Assembly: GCA_964564035.1 (NCBI GenBank)
Contig: CAZLZN010000002.1
Span: forward strand, 20,898 to 84,897
Source of the DNA: an uncultured Gammaproteobacteria bacterium
Lineage (GTDB): Bacteria; Patescibacteriota; Microgenomatia; Levybacterales; UBA12049
Direction: 5' to 3'
Length of the DNA: 64,000 nt
The notes beneath the pieces were generated by a model. It saw only the letters and a list, made by a program, of their open reading frames with translations. It was not told the origin of the DNA and ran no database searches. Shown piece after piece: positions 17,579 to 25,957 of this stretch (the stretch's first letter is position 1; each line of letters opens with the position of its first letter). The position numbers and the translations under genes are program-made.

Positions 17579-18982
17579 ATGGCACAGAAAATAACAGTAC
17601 GAACCCGAATTGCACCCAGTCCGACTGGAGAAAATCTTCATATCGGCAATCTATACACAGCGCTTCTCAACTGGGTTATAGCCCGCAAAAACAAAGGCCG
17701 ATTCATAGTCCGCATTGAAGATACGGATAGACTGCGTCTTGTAGAGGGGTCGGAAGACCGGATATTGGATACTCTGAAATCATACGGACTTGATTACGAT
17801 GAAAGCACCGACAAAGGAGGGCCGTTCAACCCGTATCGTCAGTCGGAGCGCCTGGATATATATCGAAAATACGCACTTGAACTTATCTCCAAAAAAGCCG
17901 CCTACTACTGTATCTGCACCAAAGAGCGCTTGGCACAGCTTCGCGAAAAACAGCTTCAGGAAAAAATACAAACCAGATATGATAAACACTGTTTATCTGT
18001 ACAAGACGAAGTATTAGAGCAAATAAAAAACGGTGCGCCGTCTGTTGTCAGGCTGAATATTTTACCTAGACAAAAAATGTCTTTTACGGATCTAATACGC
18101 GGCGAAATTACCTTTAGCTCGGACGAAGTTGACGATCAGGTGCTTCTCAAGTCGGACGGCTTCCCCACATATCACTTGGCGGTCGTGATTGACGATCATC
18201 TAATGGAGATTACTCATGTGATACGCGCCGAAGAATGGATTTCATCAACGCCCAAACATATTTTATTATACGAATCATTCGGATGGCCGCGTCCGCTGTT
18301 TGCGCATACGCCCATTCTCCGCAATCCGGACAAAAGCAAGCTCTCCAAAAGAAAAAATCCCGTCTGGGCAAATTGGTATTTGGAAGAAGGCTTTTTGCCT
18401 GAAGCAGTGCTGAATTACCTTGCTCTAATGGGCTGGAGCCATCCAGAGCAGAAAGACATATTTGAAATTGAAGAATTTATCAAAGAATTCGAATTAAAAA
18501 ACATAAAAACAGTCGGTCCCGCGTTTGATATCCAAAAACTCAAATGGATGAATCAGCAGTATATTCAGGCACTTACTCCCGGTGATTTGAAAAACAGACT
18601 TCAAAATTTCTACCGTGACAAAATATCTCTATCTGACGATTTATTTCACAAATTATATCCTCTTATCCACACGCGCATGGAGCTTCTAAAAGATTTTAAA
18701 GATTTGACAGGTTTTATATTTGATCCTCAAAAATACCCACCCAGAAGCAGTCTGGAAAAAGAAATTGCCGGTTATCTGATAGAGCAGTTTAATTCTGAGA
18801 AATCCTGGAGCAAGGACAGAATACTTGATTTACTCAAGTCAGCTCTCATGCATTTCAAAATAAAAATGTCGGTCCTTTATTATATTTTAACCGGCAGCGA
18901 AAAAGGTCTTCCATTGCCTGAATCTCTAGAAATATTAGGCAAAGACCAAACTATTCACAGGCTTAAACTGTTTCTAAAATAG
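17579..18982 (+). CDS. gltX: glutamate--tRNA ligase
   Basis: Class I motifs PSPTGENLHIGN (HIGH) and KLSKRK (KMSKS). Confidence 0.9.
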   Translation: MAQKITVRTRIAPSPTGENLHIGNLYTALLNWVIARKNKGRFIVRIEDTDRLRLVEGSEDRILDTLKSYGLDYDESTDKGGPFNPYRQSERLDIYRKYALELISKKAAYYCICTKERLAQLREKQLQEKIQTRYDKHCLSVQDEVLEQIKNGAPSVVRLNILPRQKMSFTDLIRGEITFSSDEVDDQVLLKSDGFPTYHLAVVIDDHLMEITHVIRAEEWISSTPKHILLYESFGWPRPLFAHTPILRNPDKSKLSKRKNPVWANWYLEEGFLPEAVLNYLALMGWSHPEQKDIFEIEEFIKEFELKNIKTVGPAFDIQKLKWMNQQYIQALTPGDLKNRLQNFYRDKISLSDDLFHKLYPLIHTRMELLKDFKDLTGFIFDPQKYPPRSSLEKEIAGYLIEQFNSEKSWSKDRILDLLKSALMHFKIKMSVLYYILTGSEKGLPLPESLEILGKDQTIHRLKLFLK

Positions 18983-18984
18983 CT

Positions 18985-19569
18985 ATGCTTCTCGGCCGTT
19001 TTATTTCATATATTTCAAACCCGATTTTTATCTTGCTCGGCCTACCCTATTTTATGGTTTACCTTTTCACCGGCGATACTGCGTCAGCGATTTTTTGGAC
19101 TATCTATACATGGGTTTATCTGTTTGTTTTTGCTTTATTTGTCGTTATAGGTGTCCGCAGAGGTTTTTATACGGACTTAGATGTCTCAAGTCGGGAAGAT
19201 AGGTTTTCTCTTTATTTATTCGCGTCAATAATTACTTTTTTATATTTTATTACTCTTATTTTTTTATCGGCGCCCGCGATATTATATTTAATATCCATAG
19301 GTGTTATGGCCGGCATACTGGCCGGAAGCATAGTAAATACCCGGATCAAAGCCTCTGTTCATGTTGCTGCTGTATCAGCGCTGATTACCGGTCTGGCTCT
19401 TGTTTATCAGGGATACTACTGGCTTTTATATATTTTAATTCCTGTCATCTGCTGGGCGCGCGTAAAAATAGAAAGACATACTGTCCCGGAAGTTATTGCA
19501 GGCAGTTTCATTGGATCGATACTTGCTGTTATAATGTATTTTGTAGCACTAAATTATCACTTTTTATGA
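18985..19569 (+). CDS. integral membrane protein with partial PAP2-like phosphatase motifs
   Basis: About 6 TM. ASVH and R-x5-H-x3-E (RVKIERHTVPE) resemble PAP2 motifs 2 and 3. Motif 1 was not found. Confidence 0.4.
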   Translation: MLLGRFISYISNPIFILLGLPYFMVYLFTGDTASAIFWTIYTWVYLFVFALFVVIGVRRGFYTDLDVSSREDRFSLYLFASIITFLYFITLIFLSAPAILYLISIGVMAGILAGSIVNTRIKASVHVAAVSALITGLALVYQGYYWLLYILIPVICWARVKIERHTVPEVIAGSFIGSILAVIMYFVALNYHFL

Positions 19570-19934
19570 TAGACGGTAAAAAATTATTCAAATCCTTTGA
19601 TTTCGCTTTTCAGGGTGTTAAACACGCCATCCAATCCGACCAAAATTTTCTGGTTCACTTCTCGATCGCTATATTGGTGCTTGTTTTGGGTCTTTATTTC
19701 AATGTATCCCGGTTCGAAATGGCTCTTCTGCTCCTTGCGATCTTACTTGTTATCGCGACCGAGATGATAAATACCGCTATCGAGAAAATGGTCGATCTCA
19801 TTACCCGCGAGCACAGACTTGAAGCCAAAATCGCCAAAGACGTCTCATCCGGAATGGTTCTCATCACAGCGATCGGCGCCTTCCTCCTCGGCCTCTTTAT
19901 CTTCATCCCATATATCATTTTTTACTTCAAATAG
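19566..19934 (+). CDS. dgkA: diacylglycerol / undecaprenol kinase (DgkA family)
   Basis: 122 aa, 3 TM, and the ATEMINTAIEKMVDL signature. Confidence 0.8.
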   Translation: MIDGKKLFKSFDFAFQGVKHAIQSDQNFLVHFSIAILVLVLGLYFNVSRFEMALLLLAILLVIATEMINTAIEKMVDLITREHRLEAKIAKDVSSGMVLITAIGAFLLGLFIFIPYIIFYFK

Positions 19935-20029
19935 CTTTTTGAACTGATTTTTAGTAAAATTGTTCAGTACTAAAACTGGTTATATATTGACTTAAGTTCG
20001 GTTTTAAAAATTATACTAGTGCCCAGGGC

Positions 20030-20100
20030 TGCTGAGTCGTCTAATGGTAGGACAACGGACTCTGAATCCGTTTATCTTGGTTCGAATCCAGGCTCAGCAG
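20030..20100 (+). tRNA. tRNA-Gln (anticodon CUG)
   Basis: Folded by hand. Acceptor TGCTGAG/CTCAGCA (U1-A72, as in bacterial tRNA-Gln). Anticodon stem ACGGA/TCCGT with loop CU-CUG-AA. T-arm CTTGG-TTCGAAT-CCAGG. Discriminator G. CCA is not fully encoded (next bases are CCG). Confidence 0.85.
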
Positions 20101-20258
20101 CCGTAGGCACTAAAAATAATCGGGCACTTTTAAAAAAAATTCTACTTCACTCTTACCACGGCGGAAAATTACCGACTATAAAGGTTATGTCAAGTCATTT
20201 CAAATAAATCGTGAAAAATAGCAATTATTTGCCTCATGCCTTAATATATAAGAAATAT

Positions 20259-20753
20259 ATGAACCTGCGATTAGCGCAAGCGCGAGATATTCCGCTTTTG
20301 ACATATTGGGATACAAAACAACACGTTATTGCCTCAGGCGGCGCGGACGACGTATATGACTGGCATGCCGAACTGCAAAGAACGGTCCCATGGCGGGAAT
20401 TCCTGATAGCCGAAGTTGACGGCCGGCCAGTTGGTGTAATTGTCAATATTGATCCGCGCGAAGAAGAAACTCACTATTGGGGGGATATTGAGCCAAACTT
20501 GCGGGCGCTTGATATATGGATTGGTGAAGAAGCGGATTTAGGTCGAGGATATGGCACACAAATGATGAAAGCGGCTCTGATTAGATGTTTTCAAAATAAA
20601 AATACAAAAGCAATAATACTTGATACGTTGGTAAATAATACTCGTGCTATTAAATTTTATGAAAAAATAGGATTTAAAAAAATTGCAAGAAAAAAATTTG
20701 GCGAAGATGACTGTTATATTTATAGGATTGATAGAAAAGAATTCAAATATTGA
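20259..20753 (+). CDS. GNAT N-acetyltransferase, AAC(6')-Ib / Acetyltransf_8-like
   Basis: FLIAEVDGRPVGVIVNID, IDIWIGEEADLGRGYGTQMM and NTRAIKFYEKIGF match the GNAT acetyl-CoA core and the AAC(6')-like subfamily pattern. The ATG at 20259 is preferred over the listed GTG at 20211. Confidence 0.7.
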   Translation: MNLRLAQARDIPLLTYWDTKQHVIASGGADDVYDWHAELQRTVPWREFLIAEVDGRPVGVIVNIDPREEETHYWGDIEPNLRALDIWIGEEADLGRGYGTQMMKAALIRCFQNKNTKAIILDTLVNNTRAIKFYEKIGFKKIARKKFGEDDCYIYRIDRKEFKY

Positions 20754-20987
20754 GCTAAAACAAGACATGATTACAAAATAAAAAAATACCCTTACCTATT
20801 GGACTATAAAGAAAATTTAATAAGATAATAATACGAATTGTACTCTAAACTAACACTTGATTTATCATAGTTATCTAATATATTCTGTAAAAATTAACAA
20901 ATTCCCACAATTATATTACAAATAAAACGTGTCTATTTGATTAAATACGAATAATTATGCAGAAAGTATTCGGTGGAGGCGAGATTT

Positions 20988-21047
20988 ATGGCTAAATATG
21001 TAGATGGATTTGTCTTAGTAGTATCAAATATAACAGGTTCATTTTAA
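20988..21047 (+). pseudogene. 19-codon stub of a DUF1428 (YbaA-like) gene
   Basis: MAKYVDGFVLVV matches the invariant DUF1428 N-terminus (E. coli YbaA begins MKYVDGFVVAVP). GGAGG lies 8 nt upstream. The frame stops after 19 codons. Confidence 0.45.
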
Positions 21048-21113
21048 CCCGGCATTACTATACATATCTTGAATCGGATATCAATATAAATTATTATCTT
21101 TATATAAAAGAAT

Positions 21114-21962
21114 ATGAATAATAAAATAGTTCTAATTACAGGCGCGACATCAGGATTTGGCAAGGCGACAGCTATTGAATTGGCACGAATGGGCGCGCAA
21201 GTAATAATCGGCTGCAGCACCAGGGAAAAAGGTAAAATAGCAAGAAAAGATATTTTATGGGAATCGGGATCTGAAAAAATAGATTTATTCGTTGCGGATC
21301 TCAGCTCACAAAAGCAGATCATAGAGGCTGTGATAGATTTTAAGAAAAAACATTCAAAACTACATGTCCTAATAAATAACGCCGGAGTATATCTTCCAGA
21401 GCGTCTCGAGACTGAAGATGGTATAGAAAAAACCTTTGCGACAAATTACCTTTCGCACTTCCTGCTCACTCACCTGCTTCTGGATCTCCTCAAGAAATCC
21501 GCGCCTTCGAGAATTATCAACGTCGCCTCAAAACACAACGGTATCAGCATAAAATGGGATGACATCATGCTCGAAAAAAAATATACACCCTGGCAGGCTC
21601 TCGGTCAAACAAAACTTGCATTGGTACTGTTCACCAAAAAACTTGCAGATGAATTAAAAGGAACCGGAGTTACAGTTAATTCGCTCCATCCTGCGGTCGT
21701 CGAAACAGGCCTCGGTGTTTACAGGGCAACGGGCATGATGGGTTTAGCCGTCAAAGTTATGAAGCTATTTTTACACACCTCAATCGAAAAAGGAGCAGAG
21801 ACTCAAATCTATCTCGCATCCTCGCCGGACGTCGAAAACATCTCCGGAGAATTTTTTATAAATAAAAAAGTCACCAAAACACTTTCCAACGCCAGCAACC
21901 CTCAGGACATAGAGCGCCTTTGGAATCTGAGCCTCGAATTAACTAATATCTCAAAATATTAA
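21114..21962 (+). CDS. SDR-family oxidoreductase (retinol-dehydrogenase-like), catalytic Tyr replaced
   Basis: TGATSGFG, NNAG and HPAVVET. The YxxxK position reads L-G-Q-T-K. Confidence 0.75.
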   Translation: MNNKIVLITGATSGFGKATAIELARMGAQVIIGCSTREKGKIARKDILWESGSEKIDLFVADLSSQKQIIEAVIDFKKKHSKLHVLINNAGVYLPERLETEDGIEKTFATNYLSHFLLTHLLLDLLKKSAPSRIINVASKHNGISIKWDDIMLEKKYTPWQALGQTKLALVLFTKKLADELKGTGVTVNSLHPAVVETGLGVYRATGMMGLAVKVMKLFLHTSIEKGAETQIYLASSPDVENISGEFFINKKVTKTLSNASNPQDIERLWNLSLELTNISKY

Positions 21963-21981
21963 GAGTAATACTTATGTATTA

Positions 21982-22926
21982 TTATTCTCCAAATTTTTTT
22001 CTATACACATCGCGGGGAATTGACCGCCTGCCTACTATTATATTTGCCGGATATCGCACAGGTGCCTCATGAGCTTCTCTCAATGCTTCCGCGACTAATT
22101 GCCTGTCACTCATATCTCCGTGAGATGTACTGGGTCGGAACAAAGCCCAGTCGCCTGAGGGCAAAGTATCGGAGGATACACCGCGGTCAAACTTGTCATT
22201 TAGAAAATCTTTGGTTGAATCATCTACGGGTTTAAGCCAAACACCCGGAGGCACCATTTTACCGTCTTCCGTCAAAAAAGGAATTAGACTAAGTCCCGCC
22301 TGAACGCCTTTGTACTTTATCATTATAGCTGGTTTATCACCTGCGTATGCAGTAAGTATAGATTTGCACTTTATTGAGGTAAGTAATCTCGGCTCTGCTT
22401 TATCGCATAGAAAACTATCACTGTGTCCCGGTCTAAATATTATATCTTTTTTTGGCAAAAGATCATCAGGTATGCGTTCATTGATATTTTCAGGCAACTT
22501 CTCCCTTGGAATTCTGCTAAATATATATGCAAGCTGTCCATTGTATTTCTCAGGATCGTCTACCATTGCTGAAATAAGCTCGGACATAAAAGGCGTTTTT
22601 ACCAAATCAGCCAGTTTTTGTGTATTTAGGCCGTTGTTAGAAAGAGTTACGCTGAACTCATAGGTACCTGTTGCCGCAAATAACGCGTGCATTACAATTG
22701 CTAACTTTCTGCCGTCCCTTCCCCGTAGTGCCTGTTCAGTCATTGTAGCTTTATCAGACGTTTTTGACGAGTTTTCATTATGACCGAATACTTCTCGGGC
22801 AAGCGCATTCAGATCGGCTATTGGTAATTTAATGTCCCTATCTTCAAAATTTTTTATTCTATGGCGAAAACTGCTTTCATAGAAATGCTCCGCTTTTGCA
22901 GTATAACTTTTTAATCGTTCATTCAT
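21982..22926 (-). CDS. hypothetical protein (orphan)
   Basis: 314-aa ORF on the same strand as, and 171 nt downstream of, the chorismate mutase gene. No motif recognised. Confidence 0.5.
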   Translation of the reverse strand: MNERLKSYTAKAEHFYESSFRHRIKNFEDRDIKLPIADLNALAREVFGHNENSSKTSDKATMTEQALRGRDGRKLAIVMHALFAATGTYEFSVTLSNNGLNTQKLADLVKTPFMSELISAMVDDPEKYNGQLAYIFSRIPREKLPENINERIPDDLLPKKDIIFRPGHSDSFLCDKAEPRLLTSIKCKSILTAYAGDKPAIMIKYKGVQAGLSLIPFLTEDGKMVPPGVWLKPVDDSTKDFLNDKFDRGVSSDTLPSGDWALFRPSTSHGDMSDRQLVAEALREAHEAPVRYPANIIVGRRSIPRDVYRKKFGE

Positions 22927-23097
22927 AATTTAAATAAATTAATATAGGTCTATATATTATTATATAGCGTCGTCTTTTATTATACAGAAACAGAATAATA
23001 AAATCAACTATAGGATTATGTTTTTGGGAGTAAATATTAACAACTTATAAACAAAATAAGTAGCGTTTATTCGTGCATCCGGACATGTATGGATAAG

Positions 23098-23367
23098 TCA
23101 GCTTTTCTTTTCTATTTCAACCGACTCGTCATGTATCATATTAAACATATCCGTAATAAAATTTTCCGACAGCCCGTATTTTCGCGCGAGCGCTTTTCTG
23201 GAATCGATTACCCGCTTCCATCTCTCTTCGTTTACAATATCAATATTATTCTTTCTCTTAAATTCTCCGATTTTACGTACAACTTCAGTGCGCTTACCTA
23301 ACATTTCAATTAATTGCCTGTCTATCTCATCAACTTGCTCCCTGTATTCATCAAGTAAGTTTTTCAT
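23098..23367 (-). CDS. chorismate mutase (AroQ class)
   Basis: 89 aa. REQVDEIDRQLIEMLGKRTEVVRKIGEFK is a typical AroQ helix 1. Last gene of the aro block. Confidence 0.8.
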   Translation of the reverse strand: MKNLLDEYREQVDEIDRQLIEMLGKRTEVVRKIGEFKRKNNIDIVNEERWKRVIDSRKALARKYGLSENFITDMFNMIHDESVEIEKKS

Positions 23368-23371
23368 ACAA

Positions 23372-24469
23372 TTACATATTCTGTGCCTTATGCCTCATAT
23401 AGTGATCCATGATCACGATTGCCGCCATGGCATCAACGATCGGTACAGCCCGCGGTAAAACGCATGGGTCATGTCTCCCCTTTGCTTCAAGCGTTGTCCC
23501 TTCACCTTTTCTATTTACAGTATTCTGCATTTTTGAAATAGTAGATACAGGTTTTATCGCGACTCTGAAATAAATATCTTCTCCTGTTGTTATGCCTCCC
23601 AAAGTACCGCCCGCGTGATTCGTTTTTAATTTTACTATTTCATTATGTATATAAAATTCATCATTGTGCTGGCTCCCCCTCATTTTAACACCCTCAAAAC
23701 CCGATCCGAATTCAAACCCCTTAACTGCGTTTATCGAAAGCATAGCTTTCCCGAGGTCCGCCGGAATTTTATCAAAAACAGGCTCGCCGAGACCTGCCGG
23801 CACATTTCTGATAACCCCGAGGATTATGCCCCCTATCGAATCGTTATCGGACTTAACCTCTTCAATAAGTTCGATCATTTCATTCGCCTTCGCAGGTTCC
23901 GGACACCTGACGATATTACTCTCGATCATTTCACTCGTAACTGTCTTAAAATCTATATCTGTTTTTATATCCCCGACTTGCTCGACATAACTAAGTATCT
24001 CAATTCCGAGCTTTTCTTTTAGATATTTTTTAGCAATAGCTCCCGCGGCGACCCGCCCCAGCGTTTCTCTCGCTGACGCTCTGCCGCTTCCGCGCCAGTC
24101 ACGGAGTCCATATTTCTTTTCAAAAGTATAATCCGCGTGCCCCGGCCTGTACAAGTCCTTTAGTTCCATATAGTCCTCGGGTCTCGCGTCTTTGTTATAA
24201 GCCATCAGCATTATGGGAGTTCCAGTAGTTTTGCCTTCAAATATTCCCGACAGAATATGTATTTCATCCTGCTCTTTTCTGGGTGTCGTTATGGCGCTTT
24301 GTCCCGGTTTGCGTCTGTCCAGCTCCCGTTGAATATCGTCTTTAGAGATATCAAGCCCCGGCGGACAGCCGTCAACTATGACGCCGACACCTCCTCCGTG
24401 TGATTCCCCGAAGGTTGTAATTTTATATAGTTGTCCAAAACTGTTTCCGGCCATATTACTTATTATCAA
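23372..24469 (-). CDS. aroC: chorismate synthase
   Basis: TFGESHGGGVGVIVDGCPPG, RPGHADYT and GRHDPCV. Confidence 0.92.
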   Translation of the reverse strand: MIISNMAGNSFGQLYKITTFGESHGGGVGVIVDGCPPGLDISKDDIQRELDRRKPGQSAITTPRKEQDEIHILSGIFEGKTTGTPIMLMAYNKDARPEDYMELKDLYRPGHADYTFEKKYGLRDWRGSGRASARETLGRVAAGAIAKKYLKEKLGIEILSYVEQVGDIKTDIDFKTVTSEMIESNIVRCPEPAKANEMIELIEEVKSDNDSIGGIILGVIRNVPAGLGEPVFDKIPADLGKAMLSINAVKGFEFGSGFEGVKMRGSQHNDEFYIHNEIVKLKTNHAGGTLGGITTGEDIYFRVAIKPVSTISKMQNTVNRKGEGTTLEAKGRHDPCVLPRAVPIVDAMAAIVIMDHYMRHKAQNM

Positions 24470-25139
24470 AAATATCAGCTATAGTTTGCAAGTCCTTTTT
24501 AAGAATTTGTCCATCGGCGGTAAGGTTATTTTTATCGTTTGGAGCAAAATTTACATAATTTCCATTTAACATCCCGTAAACTCGTGCGATTTTGCCCTGT
24601 GTCCCCATTCCCGTCACGATAAATTCCAGTTTCTTTTCATTCAATATATGAATCAAGGTCATAAGTCGTATCGCGTCTTCTGCGTTTTTACACTTTGCCG
24701 CGATTTTAACAACTGAAGGGTTGAATTTATTCATAAAATTTATTATCTTTATAAGCTCCTCCTCATCAGGAGTTTCATTATAGTTATGATAAGAAATAAT
24801 TTTCCGGATGTTTATTTTATTGGAATTTAAATATTCGAGTTCCGTTATCTGATCGTTTATATCCAGATCCAAAAGCGAATTTAGATCCTTAATAGATTCA
24901 ATTATTTTTAACTTTAGATCGGATCTCATTTTTGTGCTTTCTAAATTCTTTCTCCGCAACAAAAATATAAAATTCTTATCTTTGTATTTTTTTATCAGTT
25001 CAGGCGCGAAATTTTCTGTCAGATGATCAATATAATCAAGCCAAATTTCATAAAAATCATATTCCGGATTTTTATCAATAAGTTCGGAAACTTCATTAGC
25101 TGATTTCGCAATTAATGGTAAGCAAAATTTAATTTTCAT
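24456..25139 (-). CDS. aroD: 3-dehydroquinate dehydratase, type I
   Basis: ISYHNYNETP, VKIAAK (Schiff-base Lys context) and GMGTQGKIARV. Confidence 0.75.
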   Translation of the reverse strand: MKIKFCLPLIAKSANEVSELIDKNPEYDFYEIWLDYIDHLTENFAPELIKKYKDKNFIFLLRRKNLESTKMRSDLKLKIIESIKDLNSLLDLDINDQITELEYLNSNKINIRKIISYHNYNETPDEEELIKIINFMNKFNPSVVKIAAKCKNAEDAIRLMTLIHILNEKKLEFIVTGMGTQGKIARVYGMLNGNYVNFAPNDKNNLTADGQILKKDLQTIADIFDNK

Positions 25140-25957
25140 AAGCCATTTAAAATATCTCTGAACAAATCCTCGGAAACGTCACGTCCGGTATATAACTTGA
25201 ACTGTTCAATCCCTTGATAAATAAGCATGTCCTGCCCATGAATTACTTTCGCGCCTTTTTTACTTGCCGATTTTAATAATTCGGTTTCAGTGGGCGTATA
25301 AACGCAGTCAAAAACAATTTGATCTTTTCTAATATATTCTGCCGGCAGTATTGATTTATTGCTGTATCCCTGCATGCCAACAGGTGTGGAATTAATAATA
25401 ATATCACAATTTTTTATTTCGCTGATATTTTCAATAGGCATCGCTTCGCCTCCAAAATCTCCGGCTATTTTTTCTGCTTTTTCAAGCGTTCGGTTAAAAA
25501 TCATGAATCTGGTACCGTTTTTATTCATAGCATACGCGCAAGCTCGCGCAGCTCCTCCCGCACCGATTATCCCGGCAGTCTTACCTTCCAATTTTGTTAA
25601 TTTCATAAGCGGCTTTGCGACACCGATGAAATCGGTATTGTATCCTTTTAGTACGCCGTTGTCGTTGACAATCGTATTGACCGCTCCGATCGCTCTCGCG
25701 TCAGGATCAATATGATCCAAATACTTCATAATTTCGACTTTATGCGGTATCGTGCAACTTACTCCCCTTATTCCCATGGCTCTGACCCCTTTTGTGAAAT
25801 CTTCCAGTTTATCAATTCTAACCCGGCTCGCGACATATACAAACTCACTATCCATTCCCATCTTTTCATAAATAGAGTTATATAGCAGAGGTCCTATCGA
25901 ATGCTCGACCGGATCCCCGATTACCATACAGATTTTTGTTTTTGAATTTATTTTCAT
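25136..25957 (-). CDS. aroE: shikimate dehydrogenase
   Basis: GDPVEHSIGPLLYN, NTD and GAGGAARA. Confidence 0.88.
   Translation of the reverse strand: MKINSKTKICMVIGDPVEHSIGPLLYNSIYEKMGMDSEFVYVASRVRIDKLEDFTKGVRAMGIRGVSCTIPHKVEIMKYLDHIDPDARAIGAVNTIVNDNGVLKGYNTDFIGVAKPLMKLTKLEGKTAGIIGAGGAARACAYAMNKNGTRFMIFNRTLEKAEKIAGDFGGEAMPIENISEIKNCDIIINSTPVGMQGYSNKSILPAEYIRKDQIVFDCVYTPTETELLKSASKKGAKVIHGQDMLIYQGIEQFKLYTGRDVSEDLFRDILNGL

Noticed and set aside
20018-20130. Short inverted and direct repeats flanking the tRNA (AGTGCC at 20018..20023, GGCACT at 20105..20110 and again near 20124), considered as att-like island boundaries.
   Set aside because: They are only 6 bp and immediately flank the tRNA, so precursor-processing stems or a terminator-like element are the likelier explanation. 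No matching repeat was found at the far end of the accessory patch.
20019-20207. 62-aa ORF overlapping the tRNA-Gln gene.
   Set aside because: The region folds into a canonical tRNA cloverleaf. The ORF is a by-product and has no RBS.
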